A stretch of 32,000 nucleotides of DNA from Ignicoccus pacificus DSM 13166 (GCA_025340205.1 CP006868.1:690001-722000), one strand, 5' to 3'; positions 9,563 to 18,888 are shown, counted from the first letter of the stretch. Translations and numbers: made by a program. The notes: generated by a model not told the origin, from the sequence alone.

Positions 9563-10138
9563 TTGAAGTACTTCGTGGAGAGCTTTGCCAGAGGAGATGA
9601 AGCCGCAGAGGCTTCGCTCAAGTATTATCTAGCAGTCGTCTGTGATGGTTGTAAGTCGAAAGGGTTCATCCCTAGAACTACCGTGAACACGTGGAAGGGA
9701 AAGAGAACGAAGACCTTAGTCTTCGCCTCTCCGAGTGAAAGAGAAGCGCTTCGAGCCGCAGCTCGCCATCGTTTTGTAGACGTCGTCAGTTTCGGTGGAA
9801 AGACCTTGAGATATCTAGATGAAAGTGAAGTACTCTTAGTGCTTCAAGGGGGGAAGGGAATAGAAATAAGAATAAACGAAGTCCTAGAAAGATGGAAGAG
9901 CTTAAACGATTTGAAGAGAGTAGTAAACTTACTGCTGAACAAATGGGTTCCTACCCTCTTAACATGTTCTCCTTCATCGAGGTATGAGTTATGCCATCCC
10001 TTCCAAATTATCTCCTTAATAGCTACCTTGGGGTACAAAGAGGAAGACGTCGCCGCTCTATGGGGCCTCGGAAGCTCTTGGTTGATATCACTAATTGAAA
10101 GGAAGATGGGGATGAAGAAGGTTTTAAGAAGTGATTAA
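9563..10138 (+). CDS. Divergent RNase P protein component 3-like (Rpp30/Rnp3 family)
   Basis: ARHRFVDVVSFGGKTLRYLDE and TCSPSSRYELCHPFQIISLIATLGYKEEDVAALWG resemble the Rpp30 VDVVSF...SS.yelR.P.di..ll..lG pattern. Confidence 0.6.
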   Translation: MKYFVESFARGDEAAEASLKYYLAVVCDGCKSKGFIPRTTVNTWKGKRTKTLVFASPSEREALRAAARHRFVDVVSFGGKTLRYLDESEVLLVLQGGKGIEIRINEVLERWKSLNDLKRVVNLLLNKWVPTLLTCSPSSRYELCHPFQIISLIATLGYKEEDVAALWGLGSSWLISLIERKMGMKKVLRSD

Positions 10139-10164
10139 ATGAACGGGAACCCACGCTCCAGACC

Positions 10165-11307
10165 CTATATTCCAATAAACGCGGTCTTTAGGTAATCTTC
10201 GATCCCCACCCTTGTGGGGTGATCAGGGGCGGAGCCCCTAACCTCCATAACCCTGTAAGGCTCATCCAAGCTCTCATATATTGCCTTAAGGAAGAGAGAT
10301 CTGCTCATCGATCTGGAGCAAGAGGAGAGTATGAGGAAGTTCCTCCCCACCGCTCTAGCCCCGGCGTAAGCTGACCTATAGAGTTCGTACCCATTCCTTA
10401 GGTCATCCATCAGCGCCGGCGGATCCACGCTAACTACATCAAAGCTCCTTCTTCTCTTCATAGTCTTTCTCAAGTACTTCCACGCGTCCTCTTTAACTAT
10501 TTCTACCTTATTTTCCGGGATATTATTCAATTTCAAGTTCTCCCTCAACAACTTGAGCGCTTGTTCGTCCGTGTCGACAAATACTACTTTCTTAGCTCCT
10601 CCATGAAGAGCGTTAAGTCCGAACCCTCCTGTATAGGAGAATAAATCTAAAAAGGAGGAGTTCTTGGAAATCCTTTGAGCTAGGACTCTGTTTTCTCTTT
10701 GATCGAGGTAGAGTCCAGTCTTCCTTCCTCTGACGTCGACCTTGTACTTAATTCCCTCTACGTCCACTTCCACTACCGTCTCCTTCTTAGAGCCGATGAG
10801 TGTCCTCTCCCTAGGCCTTAGTCCGGCCTTACTCCTAACCCTTTGGACGCTCTTCTCAACTACCGTATCGACTCCCGTTACCTTCTTCACCTTTGCGGCT
10901 ATCTTGTCCACCAGTACGTCTATAGCGGCGCTTGAAGATTGTAAAACGGCTATATCCTTGTAAATGTCTACTACCAATCCCGGGAAGAGGTCTCCATCGC
11001 CGTGAACCAAACGATAGGCGTTCCAGTACCCCACACGCTCTCTTAATTTCTTGGCCCTCATTAGATTTTCCTCTATTAGGTCATCGATGCTTGAAGGACA
11101 TGGTTCGAAGGAGAGTATCCTAACTCCTATCCTGTCCCAGATACCGCACCCCAGGACGTAGTCCTCAGATACCAACTCCACCATCTGACCAAGCTTTATC
11201 GGCTTCTTCTCAACCCATCTCTTATAAATTATTAGTTCACCTCGCTCTATTGCCTTAACTCCATCACCATAAACTTCAACGTGAAGCATAGTCTGCTTCC
11301 TACTCAC
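10165..11307 (-). CDS. Class I SAM-dependent rRNA methyltransferase, RlmI-like (PUA-like N-terminus)
   Basis: FLDLFSYTGGFGLNALHGGAKKVVFVDTDEQAL, VSVDPPAL, ILSSCS; GLYLDQRENR motif. Confidence 0.88.
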   Translation of the reverse strand: MSRKQTMLHVEVYGDGVKAIERGELIIYKRWVEKKPIKLGQMVELVSEDYVLGCGIWDRIGVRILSFEPCPSSIDDLIEENLMRAKKLRERVGYWNAYRLVHGDGDLFPGLVVDIYKDIAVLQSSSAAIDVLVDKIAAKVKKVTGVDTVVEKSVQRVRSKAGLRPRERTLIGSKKETVVEVDVEGIKYKVDVRGRKTGLYLDQRENRVLAQRISKNSSFLDLFSYTGGFGLNALHGGAKKVVFVDTDEQALKLLRENLKLNNIPENKVEIVKEDAWKYLRKTMKRRRSFDVVSVDPPALMDDLRNGYELYRSAYAGARAVGRNFLILSSCSRSMSRSLFLKAIYESLDEPYRVMEVRGSAPDHPTRVGIEDYLKTAFIGI

Positions 11308-11436
11308 AATATCTCAAGGAGTACTTGAGTGGTATGCACCTAGGCGATAGTACAATTCCTTATGGAACGGTAATACTGCGTAGGAAGTTTTATTAAGATA
11401 CGCCGTGTAGTCAGTAGTGAGAGAGGTGGGGAAGTG

Positions 11437-11649
11437 ATGAGGAAGAAGTTGTTGAAGTTCGGCGGAATCGGTGCGGACCTAGTAACTGTGGCTGCCGCTC
11501 TAATCTTGGCCGTTGGTGTGATTGGCTTCATCGTCAAGGTGCTAAGCGCTCTGGGCGTTAACGTGCCCGTGAGCGGCCTACCTGTCGCCACTGCCACCGT
11601 CAGCGCTAGCCCCTTCGGCAGCGTAAGCGGCATCAGCATAACCGCTTAA
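11437..11649 (+). CDS. Small (about 70 aa) single-TM membrane or secreted protein of unknown function
   Basis: ATG 11437 preceded by gagaggtggg. N-terminal MRKK, then a 25-aa hydrophobic helix, then a Ser/Val/Gly/Ala-rich tail. Upstream TTTTATTAAG (about 11388) and downstream T-run. Confidence 0.55.
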   Translation: MRKKLLKFGGIGADLVTVAAALILAVGVIGFIVKVLSALGVNVPVSGLPVATATVSASPFGSVSGISITA

Positions 11650-11669
11650 AGTCCAGCAGATTACAGTCG

Positions 11670-11676
11670 TTTTTTT
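11670..11676 (+). terminator. T-run (TTTTTTT) terminator-like element after the small ORF
   Basis: gtcgTTTTTTTgtgt about 20 nt after the stop codon at 11649; archaeal termination uses T-runs. Confidence 0.45.
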
Positions 11677-11809
11677 GTGTCCACTACCCCTATACATTCC
11701 TTCCCTTAAATCTATCCTACCTTAACTTGAAAGATACATGGCAAAAATTCGAAGGGCTCCACATCTAAGATAAAAAATCTCCCACTCTAATCCCACCGAG
11801 GGCAAAGCT

Positions 11810-12673
11810 TTGGTAGTCCAAGTGCAAGAAACCGTTAAAAAAGGAAAAGAGGAGATCGTCTCTGAGATCTCAGAGTATGCCAAGCTGGCTAGGAGATACG
11901 TGATAGAGATGGCTAGCGTTGAGAAGACCGTTCACGCCGGATCCAGTCTCTCAGTAGTAGACATCCTCACAACCATATGGTACATGGACATGAAGAACAG
12001 GACTTGTAGGGAAGGTCCTCTCGACCATAATTGGCTCATCTTGAGTAAGGGTCACGCCGTTCCTGCTTTCTACGGCGTACTAGCTGCGTTCGGTTTGATT
12101 AAGCCGGAGCTGGTAAGAACAATTAGAGATATCTCCAGTCCTCTCCAAGGTCACCCAGATGACACCCTCTCTTGCGTAGATGCTCCCACCGGAAGCTTGG
12201 CTCAAGGCTTCAGCTTCGGAGTAGGGGTTGCTAAAGGCCTCAAAATGAAGGGTAGCGACAAGTGGGTGTACGTGATCCTAGGCGACGGTGAACTTGACGA
12301 AGGTGAGGTATGGGAAGCTGCCTCTACCGCCGCGTCCCTTAGGCTGGACAACTTGATAGCGATAGTGGATTGGAACAGATTCCAGTTAGATGGAGAGACC
12401 GAGAAGGTGAAGAGTAAAGGAGATCTCCAAGGAAAGTGGAGGGCCTTCGGTTGGCACGTACTGGTACTAGATGACGGTCACGATCATGAAAGAATTATGG
12501 AGAGCATTCTGGAGGCAAAGAAGTTGACCAAGGAACTCAAACGCCCCGTGGTGATACTGGCGAAGACGACCAGAGGAAAGGGCATTCCTACTATTGAGAA
12601 CACCAAGCAACAGAGGGTGAGTCCAGAAGAGGCGAAGAAGCTGTTGGAGTCAATGAAGGAAGACACTCTTTAA
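11810..12673 (+). CDS. Transketolase, N-terminal (TPP-binding) subunit
   Basis: SKGHAVPAFYGVLAAFG, GSLAQGFSFGVGVAKG, YVILGDGELDEGEVWEAASTAASLRLDNLIAIVDWNRFQLDG. Confidence 0.93.
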   Translation: MVVQVQETVKKGKEEIVSEISEYAKLARRYVIEMASVEKTVHAGSSLSVVDILTTIWYMDMKNRTCREGPLDHNWLILSKGHAVPAFYGVLAAFGLIKPELVRTIRDISSPLQGHPDDTLSCVDAPTGSLAQGFSFGVGVAKGLKMKGSDKWVYVILGDGELDEGEVWEAASTAASLRLDNLIAIVDWNRFQLDGETEKVKSKGDLQGKWRAFGWHVLVLDDGHDHERIMESILEAKKLTKELKRPVVILAKTTRGKGIPTIENTKQQRVSPEEAKKLLESMKEDTL

Positions 12674-12696
12674 TTCCTTGCGCCTAATCCTCATGG

Positions 12697-13131
12697 GTGA
12701 AAGTCTTTCCAATAAGAGATTGGCCTTACGAGAAGCTCTTGGAGAGAGCGTACAGCATGTTACCAAGTAAGGTAGAGCACAAGGAGAGGTTCCAAGTACC
12801 CAAGCCCAGAGTGATAATTGTTGGTGATAAGACAATAATTCAGAACTTCAAGCAAATATGTGACGTTATCCATAGGGAACCAAAGGTCGTAAGTAAGTGG
12901 TTCGCAAAGGAGCTAGCTATACCCGTCCAGATAGACGAGAAGGGAGAGCTCATCTTAACCGGAAGGTTCTCCAGAGCCATTCTCGAGAAACTCTTGGATA
13001 AGTTCGTTGAACAGTACGTGATATGTCCAACTTGTGGCGGTCCCGATACCGAGCTCATAAGACTGGACAGGAAGGTGTGGATACTGAGATGCCATGTCTG
13101 CGGAGCAGAAACCCCTGTGCCGCCGCTCTAA
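12697..13131 (+). CDS. Translation initiation factor aIF2 subunit beta
   Basis: Y.KLLERAYSMLP, NFKQICDVIHREPKVVSKWFAKEL; C-terminal Cys4 zinc ribbon CPTCGG...CHVCG. Confidence 0.93.
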   Translation: MKVFPIRDWPYEKLLERAYSMLPSKVEHKERFQVPKPRVIIVGDKTIIQNFKQICDVIHREPKVVSKWFAKELAIPVQIDEKGELILTGRFSRAILEKLLDKFVEQYVICPTCGGPDTELIRLDRKVWILRCHVCGAETPVPPL

Positions 13132-14077
13132 GGAAGTGAAGAGGGCCTTAGGAGAGGTCACCGGCGTCCTCACGCACTGGGACGCCGACGGAATTATGGT
13201 AGCTAACAAGTACATGACGTTTTTCAAAGATAGGTATGTCAATCTTTACATACCCGAAATAGGCTCGTGGTCCATACGAGCAGTTCCCGAGGAGGTCAAC
13301 CTAGAGGACGTGCTAGCGGTTTTCGATTATAATATCCCTACTCATGAAATGGGTCAATTAAAACCAAGGTTAGTTATCATCGATCATCACTCAATACCGG
13401 CTCCAGAGGGGGCGATAGCTTGTAATCCCTTGGTAGAAGGGGGATGGGCTCCTTCAGCCACCTACGTCCTCTCTAGTCTCTTTGACTCCTACGACTGGAG
13501 AGATGCCGTTTCCATAGCTGCTGACTTGGTTGAACCGGAGAAGTGGGAAGGGTGGAAGAGGCTTAGCGAGGAGCTAGGAATCGAGACTGAAGAAGCCAAG
13601 GAAGCTGCCGCTATAGTCAACGCTTGTCACAGAATAGGGGACACCTTCTGTATTCTGAGCTTAAGCGAGAGAGCTCATCTCTTAGGTCTAAAAGGGATAC
13701 TGGAGAGTCCAAGTTTGAGGAGGAGAAGGGAAAAGGTTTTGAAGCTCTTGGACGAACTGGAGAATTTGCTTAAGTGTGTTGAAAGCGATGGCATAACTTT
13801 CTGTGAAATAGAAAGCGATGATAAGAGACTCATCCTCATAAGCGCTCTATGGAGGAGGTTGTACAAGAAGATTAAAGCAAAGGAATTGATTATTTTAATG
13901 AAGGGAAAGAATAAGGCAAGGATATACTGCAGAGGAGAGCTGTTCGATCACTTGAAACTAATAGAAATGTTAAGGGGTAAGGTCTATGAGGTCGGCGGAA
14001 AGCCCGAGGTGTGCTCGGCGATAATGCCGTTGCATGTCGTAGAACGCGTGCTTAACGTATTAGGAGTGCCAAGGTAG
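13094..14077 (+). CDS. DHH-family phosphoesterase-like protein (start may be internal)
   Basis: THWDADG and VIIDHHSIP motifs. Confidence 0.72.
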   Translation: MSAEQKPLCRRSKEVKRALGEVTGVLTHWDADGIMVANKYMTFFKDRYVNLYIPEIGSWSIRAVPEEVNLEDVLAVFDYNIPTHEMGQLKPRLVIIDHHSIPAPEGAIACNPLVEGGWAPSATYVLSSLFDSYDWRDAVSIAADLVEPEKWEGWKRLSEELGIETEEAKEAAAIVNACHRIGDTFCILSLSERAHLLGLKGILESPSLRRRREKVLKLLDELENLLKCVESDGITFCEIESDDKRLILISALWRRLYKKIKAKELIILMKGKNKARIYCRGELFDHLKLIEMLRGKVYEVGGKPEVCSAIMPLHVVERVLNVLGVPR

Positions 14078-14095
14078 CTCCCTTAGGGAGAGAGC

Positions 14096-14290
14096 ATGGG
14101 GAACATCTTGTGTCCCAAGTGTAAAATTCCGATGGTTCTGAATATAGAGACCTCGCCGACCGCTGAGGGCTTACGCGTTAATTATTTTTATAGGTGCAAG
14201 AACTGCGGCTACAAGCTCGAGGACGCCATAATGCTACTCAAGAAGACCGAAGGAGGATATGAGGCAAAGATGGTCGAATACGTTTCTTAG
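14096..14290 (+). CDS. Small zinc-ribbon protein
   Basis: CPKCKIPM...CKNCGYKLE; two CxxC pairs in 64 aa. Confidence 0.65.
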   Translation: MGNILCPKCKIPMVLNIETSPTAEGLRVNYFYRCKNCGYKLEDAIMLLKKTEGGYEAKMVEYVS

Positions 14291-16617
14291 TTCGTCTTCA
14301 GCTCTTCCCTATATTCTGCGAATCTATAATAACCCGCTACCACGAACCCTATGGCTATTGGTATTATCACTATCAACGCCAAGTACCATAAGGGTATCTT
14401 GACTTGTTGTATGTAGTATATCTTCGAGAGTAGGTAGCAACCATAATCAGCGAAGCTGATCAGCATCAGTGTAGTCAGAGGTATAGCCACTATTGCTATC
14501 ACATACCACTTAGTTACGGTAGTTACGAAGTAATCCTTAGTAGTAAGTCCTATTGCCTTGAACAGCGCCAACAATTTCTTCCTCGTGCTAACGTCGCTCA
14601 GAGCGAAAGCCGTGCTACCTAATGCAACTACTACGAAGCTGTTGAATATAGTATTCTTAACTGAGGTTGCTATGAACTTCAGAGAGTTAGATAGCTCCTT
14701 AGCGTAAGCTTTCCAAGTCATGGACACTGCAGCATAGCCTTCAGAGATTAAGGTGTTCTGAAAGTCTAAGGCCAAGGCATCCGGATGCTGCGTGGTTACT
14801 CTGATTACGAATACCTTCAACGTATTAATAGGAGGTGCTAGATTCCTCGGTATAACAATAGAAGGAGGATACACGGTCTCGTCATATATTCCTACTACCT
14901 TCACCTTGTCCACGAAGTCCTTATTCCTATAATGCCTGTATAGAGTGATAACGTCGCCTACCTTCAAGTTGAATAATTTACTCGCGAGCAGGCTTATCGC
15001 TATCTCATGATCTCCTCTGGGCCAGTGACCCTTTAGAAGAGGTGGCATAGCCTCCCAACAGCTTCCCTTCAACGCCATTAAGCAAGAATAGGTATAGACG
15101 TTGTGTATCTTTCCGTTTACGTCAATTTCGGATCTCATACCTACCGAGCCGTACAAACTTTCGAGCCACAAGCTGGCGCTCGTGGCCTTGTGAAAGTCGA
15201 GGGTGGAGAGGGCCGTTTGGAGCGGTGGACTTATCCTAGGAATTATCAGGAACGTGACTTTAACGTCGAAACCCTTGGCTACATGTATGGATGTTAACGA
15301 ATCTCCTATAGCAAATGGTAACACCAAGAGGGATACTGTTAGCGCTACGATGAGCACCGTCGCAAGGGATCTCCAAAGAACACTCCTGAGTTCCGATACC
15401 GCTAACATTAGGGAGAAGGGTAACGAGCTTTCCTCCTTTATTCTGAGCTTTAGTCCATAGAAGGTTAAGGCCTCTGAAATCCTGAGCCTCGAGAGCACTG
15501 CTAGAGATATTACGACGCTGAGTATTAACGTCGCTGTCGAGAGTCCTAAGAGCGTGATCACTGCCTTTGCTGGTACCACTATGTGTAAGAACATCAGAAG
15601 AGGTTGCAAGCGAGGATGAGAGAGCACGCTGTGAATTGCATATATGGCTACGACATAGCCTACCACTATCGCCGCTATTAGACCTAGGTAAATCCTCAAG
15701 CCCCATAGGACGAGTAGGTACTTGGCTAGATCCCCCTTGGTCGTACCTATTACTCTCAAGGTGCCTAGTTCCTTTATGTTCTTCTCAATGTAGATTATCG
15801 AAATGATAACTATTATTACAGTAGCCACAAGCCAGGACACCAAGGAAACGTACTTCAAAGCGTTGGAACTCTCCGCTATTACGTCCTGACCTGGATAGTA
15901 TATCAAGTCCTTCTTGGTATAATAAACAAAACCTATGTAGCCTCCGACCTCCTTAACAATTCTCTCTACTAATGGTACTACTTTATTCTCTGGCAACTCT
16001 TTCTTAAGTATAAATGAATAAACTGTGTACCCTCCGAAGTCGTTTACGAGCCTTCTACCATCCGGAGGAGAGAGGAATACCACCGGACCGGCTGGTAACG
16101 GAAGACCTCCTTCAGCGTAGCCCACTATGGTTTCATTAAAAGGAGTCGGCGCCCCGCTAACCGTTATTGCTAAATATATGGTGAGGTGCATGCCGGGATG
16201 CAGGAAAGATGATCCTTGCCTTAGGAGTAGGGCTTGACCTTCCTTTAATGGTTTCGCTTTGAAACCACCTAGTAACGTGTTATTTCTATAAGCAGCGTCC
16301 GTGTAACCTAGCAGCAACGGATACGTCTTACCACTTTTAGTGACGCCATACCCGGGAACTACGGCGAAACCGGCGTAATCCTTTACCCAAGAGAGGTGGG
16401 AAGCCAAGTTATCCATCTCCTTAGGGATATAACCGACTACCAAGACGTCTCCATAGCTTTCTCTCAAGTAGTTCTTGAAGAGGTTAGAGGTGCTAGCATA
16501 AGTAACGGACGCAGTTATGTACAAGGACAACGAGAAGGCTATTAGAGCTACTATTGCAATGAACTCGGCGACGTTACGCAGCGAAGACCTGAAGGCCGCT
16601 TTTACTAACGTGGACAA
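14287..16617 (-). CDS. ABC transporter permease, FtsX/MacB-like
   Basis: Long multi-TM protein; IEKNIKELGTLRVIGTTKGD and TRKKLLALFKAIGLTTKDYF FtsX-like motifs; 13-nt overlap with the ATPase gene. Confidence 0.85.
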   Translation of the reverse strand: MSTLVKAAFRSSLRNVAEFIAIVALIAFSLSLYITASVTYASTSNLFKNYLRESYGDVLVVGYIPKEMDNLASHLSWVKDYAGFAVVPGYGVTKSGKTYPLLLGYTDAAYRNNTLLGGFKAKPLKEGQALLLRQGSSFLHPGMHLTIYLAITVSGAPTPFNETIVGYAEGGLPLPAGPVVFLSPPDGRRLVNDFGGYTVYSFILKKELPENKVVPLVERIVKEVGGYIGFVYYTKKDLIYYPGQDVIAESSNALKYVSLVSWLVATVIIVIISIIYIEKNIKELGTLRVIGTTKGDLAKYLLVLWGLRIYLGLIAAIVVGYVVAIYAIHSVLSHPRLQPLLMFLHIVVPAKAVITLLGLSTATLILSVVISLAVLSRLRISEALTFYGLKLRIKEESSLPFSLMLAVSELRSVLWRSLATVLIVALTVSLLVLPFAIGDSLTSIHVAKGFDVKVTFLIIPRISPPLQTALSTLDFHKATSASLWLESLYGSVGMRSEIDVNGKIHNVYTYSCLMALKGSCWEAMPPLLKGHWPRGDHEIAISLLASKLFNLKVGDVITLYRHYRNKDFVDKVKVVGIYDETVYPPSIVIPRNLAPPINTLKVFVIRVTTQHPDALALDFQNTLISEGYAAVSMTWKAYAKELSNSLKFIATSVKNTIFNSFVVVALGSTAFALSDVSTRKKLLALFKAIGLTTKDYFVTTVTKWYVIAIVAIPLTTLMLISFADYGCYLLSKIYYIQQVKIPLWYLALIVIIPIAIGFVVAGYYRFAEYREELKTN

Positions 16618-17297
16618 CTCAGCTCACCTCCTTCCATTCTGCAGACGACGTCCGCCACCTTGAGCAGCTCCTCCTCGTGAGTGGAGACGACTATTCCCCT
16701 TCCCTCGTCAGCCAATTCTCTAAAGAGCTTGGAGAGATACCTCCTGCTATTGAGATCTAAATTGGAAAGAGGTTCGTCCGCAATTATTATCTCGGGATCG
16801 TTTGCTAAGGCTCTGGCTATGGCTACCCTCTGTTGCTCTCCTCCGGAGAGCTCGCTTGGATACCTATCGGCCTTCTCAGCCAATCCTACCCTCTCTAATA
16901 GCCTCATGGCCCTTTTCGCTCTATCTCTATACTTCTTCGAAAGCTCGAGAGGGAGTAGCACGTTTTCGAAGGCGGTTAAGGTCGGAACTAAGAATATGAA
17001 CTGAAGGACCAATCCCACATGTTCCCTGCGCCACTTGGCTCTCCAGTCCTCGCCCTTATCGCTGACAATCGTTCCTAAGTGTTCAACCCTTCCTTTATCG
17101 GGTCTATCAATAGTACTCAGGACGTTCAATAGAGTACTCTTGCCAGCTCCAGATGGACCCACTATCGCTACTAGTTCACCACACTCTACGCTGAGGTTGA
17201 TTCCTTTGAGGGCCTTTATCTTCTTGTGGCCAATGGTATAGCTTTTAACCACGGATACAGCGTCAATGCACCTCAATCTTGGGGGACCATGAGTCAA
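16605..17297 (-). CDS. ABC transporter ATP-binding protein, LolD/MacB-type
   Basis: Walker A GPSGAGKST, signature LSGGEQQR, Walker B IIIADEPLSNLD. Confidence 0.93.
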   Translation of the reverse strand: MTHGPPRLRCIDAVSVVKSYTIGHKKIKALKGINLSVECGELVAIVGPSGAGKSTLLNVLSTIDRPDKGRVEHLGTIVSDKGEDWRAKWRREHVGLVLQFIFLVPTLTAFENVLLPLELSKKYRDRAKRAMRLLERVGLAEKADRYPSELSGGEQQRVAIARALANDPEIIIADEPLSNLDLNSRRYLSKLFRELADEGRGIVVSTHEEELLKVADVVCRMEGGELSCPR

Positions 17298-17331
17298 AGA
17301 TGGGAAATGGTAATAAGAGTCGAGGGATCGA

Positions 17332-18198
17332 TCAACTTACCTCTAATTTCCATTCCCTAGAACCACTGTCGAATATTATCGCTCCCTCACTCCTTAACGC
17401 CATGAACAACTTCTTCAACGCCTCTTTATCCAACCTCTCCAATACTTCCTCCTCATCACCACTCTTGCTCTCCCTCAACGCTTGGAGGAATTCCTCCCAC
17501 GCTTCTGGGTGCACTGCCACCCTTCCATGTCTCTGCGTGGGAACTATTATGGCTCCGCTTCGCTCCAACTTCTTGAAGAAATAGTCCTTGGATCTTATGG
17601 TCCTAAGCTCATCCTCAAAGACGGCTCCTTGCTGTCTAAGCCTATCCATGGCTGTAAACCTTCTTTGGACGTGTTCAGTCCTTTCTTCCTGAACCTCTCT
17701 GTGCTCTCTTCTGAATTCCCTTCGCTCTACCGCTTCGCTTCTCTCCTTCCTAGCCTCCTTCAGCTCATCTAGTTCTTCTTTAACCTTCTCCAGTTCTTCC
17801 GTGAGGTCGGCTATCTTCTTTGCTAGCTCATCTATCTTCTGCGTCCACGGTATTATCATATCTTGCATCTTCCTTTCCATTTTCCTTTCAATCTTACTCA
17901 AACTCTCGGCGTCTACCGCTCCCTCCTCTAAGTTACCTACAAGCTCGGGCAGCTTGGAACTTAGCACCTCTTCGACGATGTTCCATAGAGCATCGTAAAG
18001 CCTTGGAGGAAGAGAGCCGCTTTCCAGCTTATCCAATCTCTCTTGAATGGCCCTTAAGTCGACTGGAGCCCTTCCCAGCTCTCTCGAGATCAGTTCCTTC
18101 ACGTAGTCGCTAACTAAAGCATAGCCCTCCGCCTTCGCTCTCCTCTCAAGTTCTTCGTAGACGTCATCTGGCAACTTCAACATGATTACTTTGGTCAC
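17332..18198 (-). CDS. Ribbon-helix-helix-like N-terminus, coiled coil and C-terminal putative winged-helix protein (ORF track start 18291 probably too far upstream)
   Basis: VTKVIMLKLPDDVYEELERRAKAEGYALVSDYVKELISRELG (RHH-like); long EELEKVKEELDELKEARKERSEAVE coiled coil. GTG 18198 starts exactly at the conserved region. Confidence 0.7.
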   Translation of the reverse strand: MTKVIMLKLPDDVYEELERRAKAEGYALVSDYVKELISRELGRAPVDLRAIQERLDKLESGSLPPRLYDALWNIVEEVLSSKLPELVGNLEEGAVDAESLSKIERKMERKMQDMIIPWTQKIDELAKKIADLTEELEKVKEELDELKEARKERSEAVERREFRREHREVQEERTEHVQRRFTAMDRLRQQGAVFEDELRTIRSKDYFFKKLERSGAIIVPTQRHGRVAVHPEAWEEFLQALRESKSGDEEEVLERLDKEALKKLFMALRSEGAIIFDSGSREWKLEVS

Positions 18199-18258
18199 CT
18201 TACAATCCCTATAGTGCTCAAAACTTTCTGGACTAAATAGTGAGGTGGGATAGAGGAG

Positions 18259-18750
18259 TTGAGCAAGGTCATCGCACCCATACCGACACACTTCAAGGTC
18301 GGAGAGAGGTTCGTCGCCACGGGTCTCTTACCTACTTGTGAGACATGTTGGCTGAAGGAGAAGTGCGGTCAACTGAAGAAGGGGTGGATTTACGAGGTTA
18401 AGGCAATCATAGGGAGGATTGAACATCCTTGCAAGCTTCACGGAAAGGTAGTGGTAGCGGAGCTCGAGGAACTGGGCGTCTCCTTGGTAGTACCCTCGAA
18501 ACTCGCCATAGAGGGGGCGACCGTCGAGTATACTCCAATAGCCTGTGACAACAAGAATTGTCCTCTCTGGGGAGATTGTACCGGCAGAAAGCACAGACTC
18601 GGAAGGAGGGTGAGGGTCAAGATAGTGAGCGTTATAGAGAAAGTTGATTGCCCCAAGGGAGAGTCTTTATACAAGGTGATAGGCATTCCGGAGAGGGTCG
18701 AGAGAAGACCGAGGAAGGGCCATAGAAGAAACAAGAGGAAGAATTTATAA
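18259..18750 (+). CDS. UPF0179 family Cys-rich protein
   Basis: CETCWLKEKCG...PCKLHG...ACDNKNCPLWGDCTG Cys pattern; archaeal conserved family. Confidence 0.8.
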   Translation: MSKVIAPIPTHFKVGERFVATGLLPTCETCWLKEKCGQLKKGWIYEVKAIIGRIEHPCKLHGKVVVAELEELGVSLVVPSKLAIEGATVEYTPIACDNKNCPLWGDCTGRKHRLGRRVRVKIVSVIEKVDCPKGESLYKVIGIPERVERRPRKGHRRNKRKNL

Positions 18751-18751
18751 A
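18744..18751 (+). promoter_or_regulatory. TATA box TTTATAAA for tRNA-Arg, overlapping the UPF0179 stop codon
   Basis: TTTATAAA 31-38 bp upstream of the tRNA 5' end at 18782. Confidence 0.55.
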
Positions 18752-18781
18752 CGAGCCTAACCTCTCCCCTCACGGCGGAAT

Positions 18782-18888
18782 GGGCCCGTAGCTCAGCTAG
18801 GACAGAGCGCCGGCCTCCTAACCACATGCGGGGTTCCGTAAGGGAAGAAAGCCGGTGGTCCGGGGTTCAAATCCCCGCGGGCCCGCCA
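18782..18888 (+). tRNA. tRNA-Arg(CCU), with 29-nt intron (18821-18849) after position 37; CCA encoded
   Basis: GGGCCCG/CGGGCCC acceptor; D-arm GCUC/GAGC; anticodon stem CCGGC/GCCGG with loop CUCCUA|A; T-arm CGGGG-UUCAAAU-CCCCG. Confidence 0.9.

Noticed and set aside
14287-17297. ABC exporter as part of a novel defence or antibiotic system
   Set aside because: Ordinary MacB/LolD-type permease-ATPase pair with no distinctive neighbouring effector, nuclease or biosynthetic gene.
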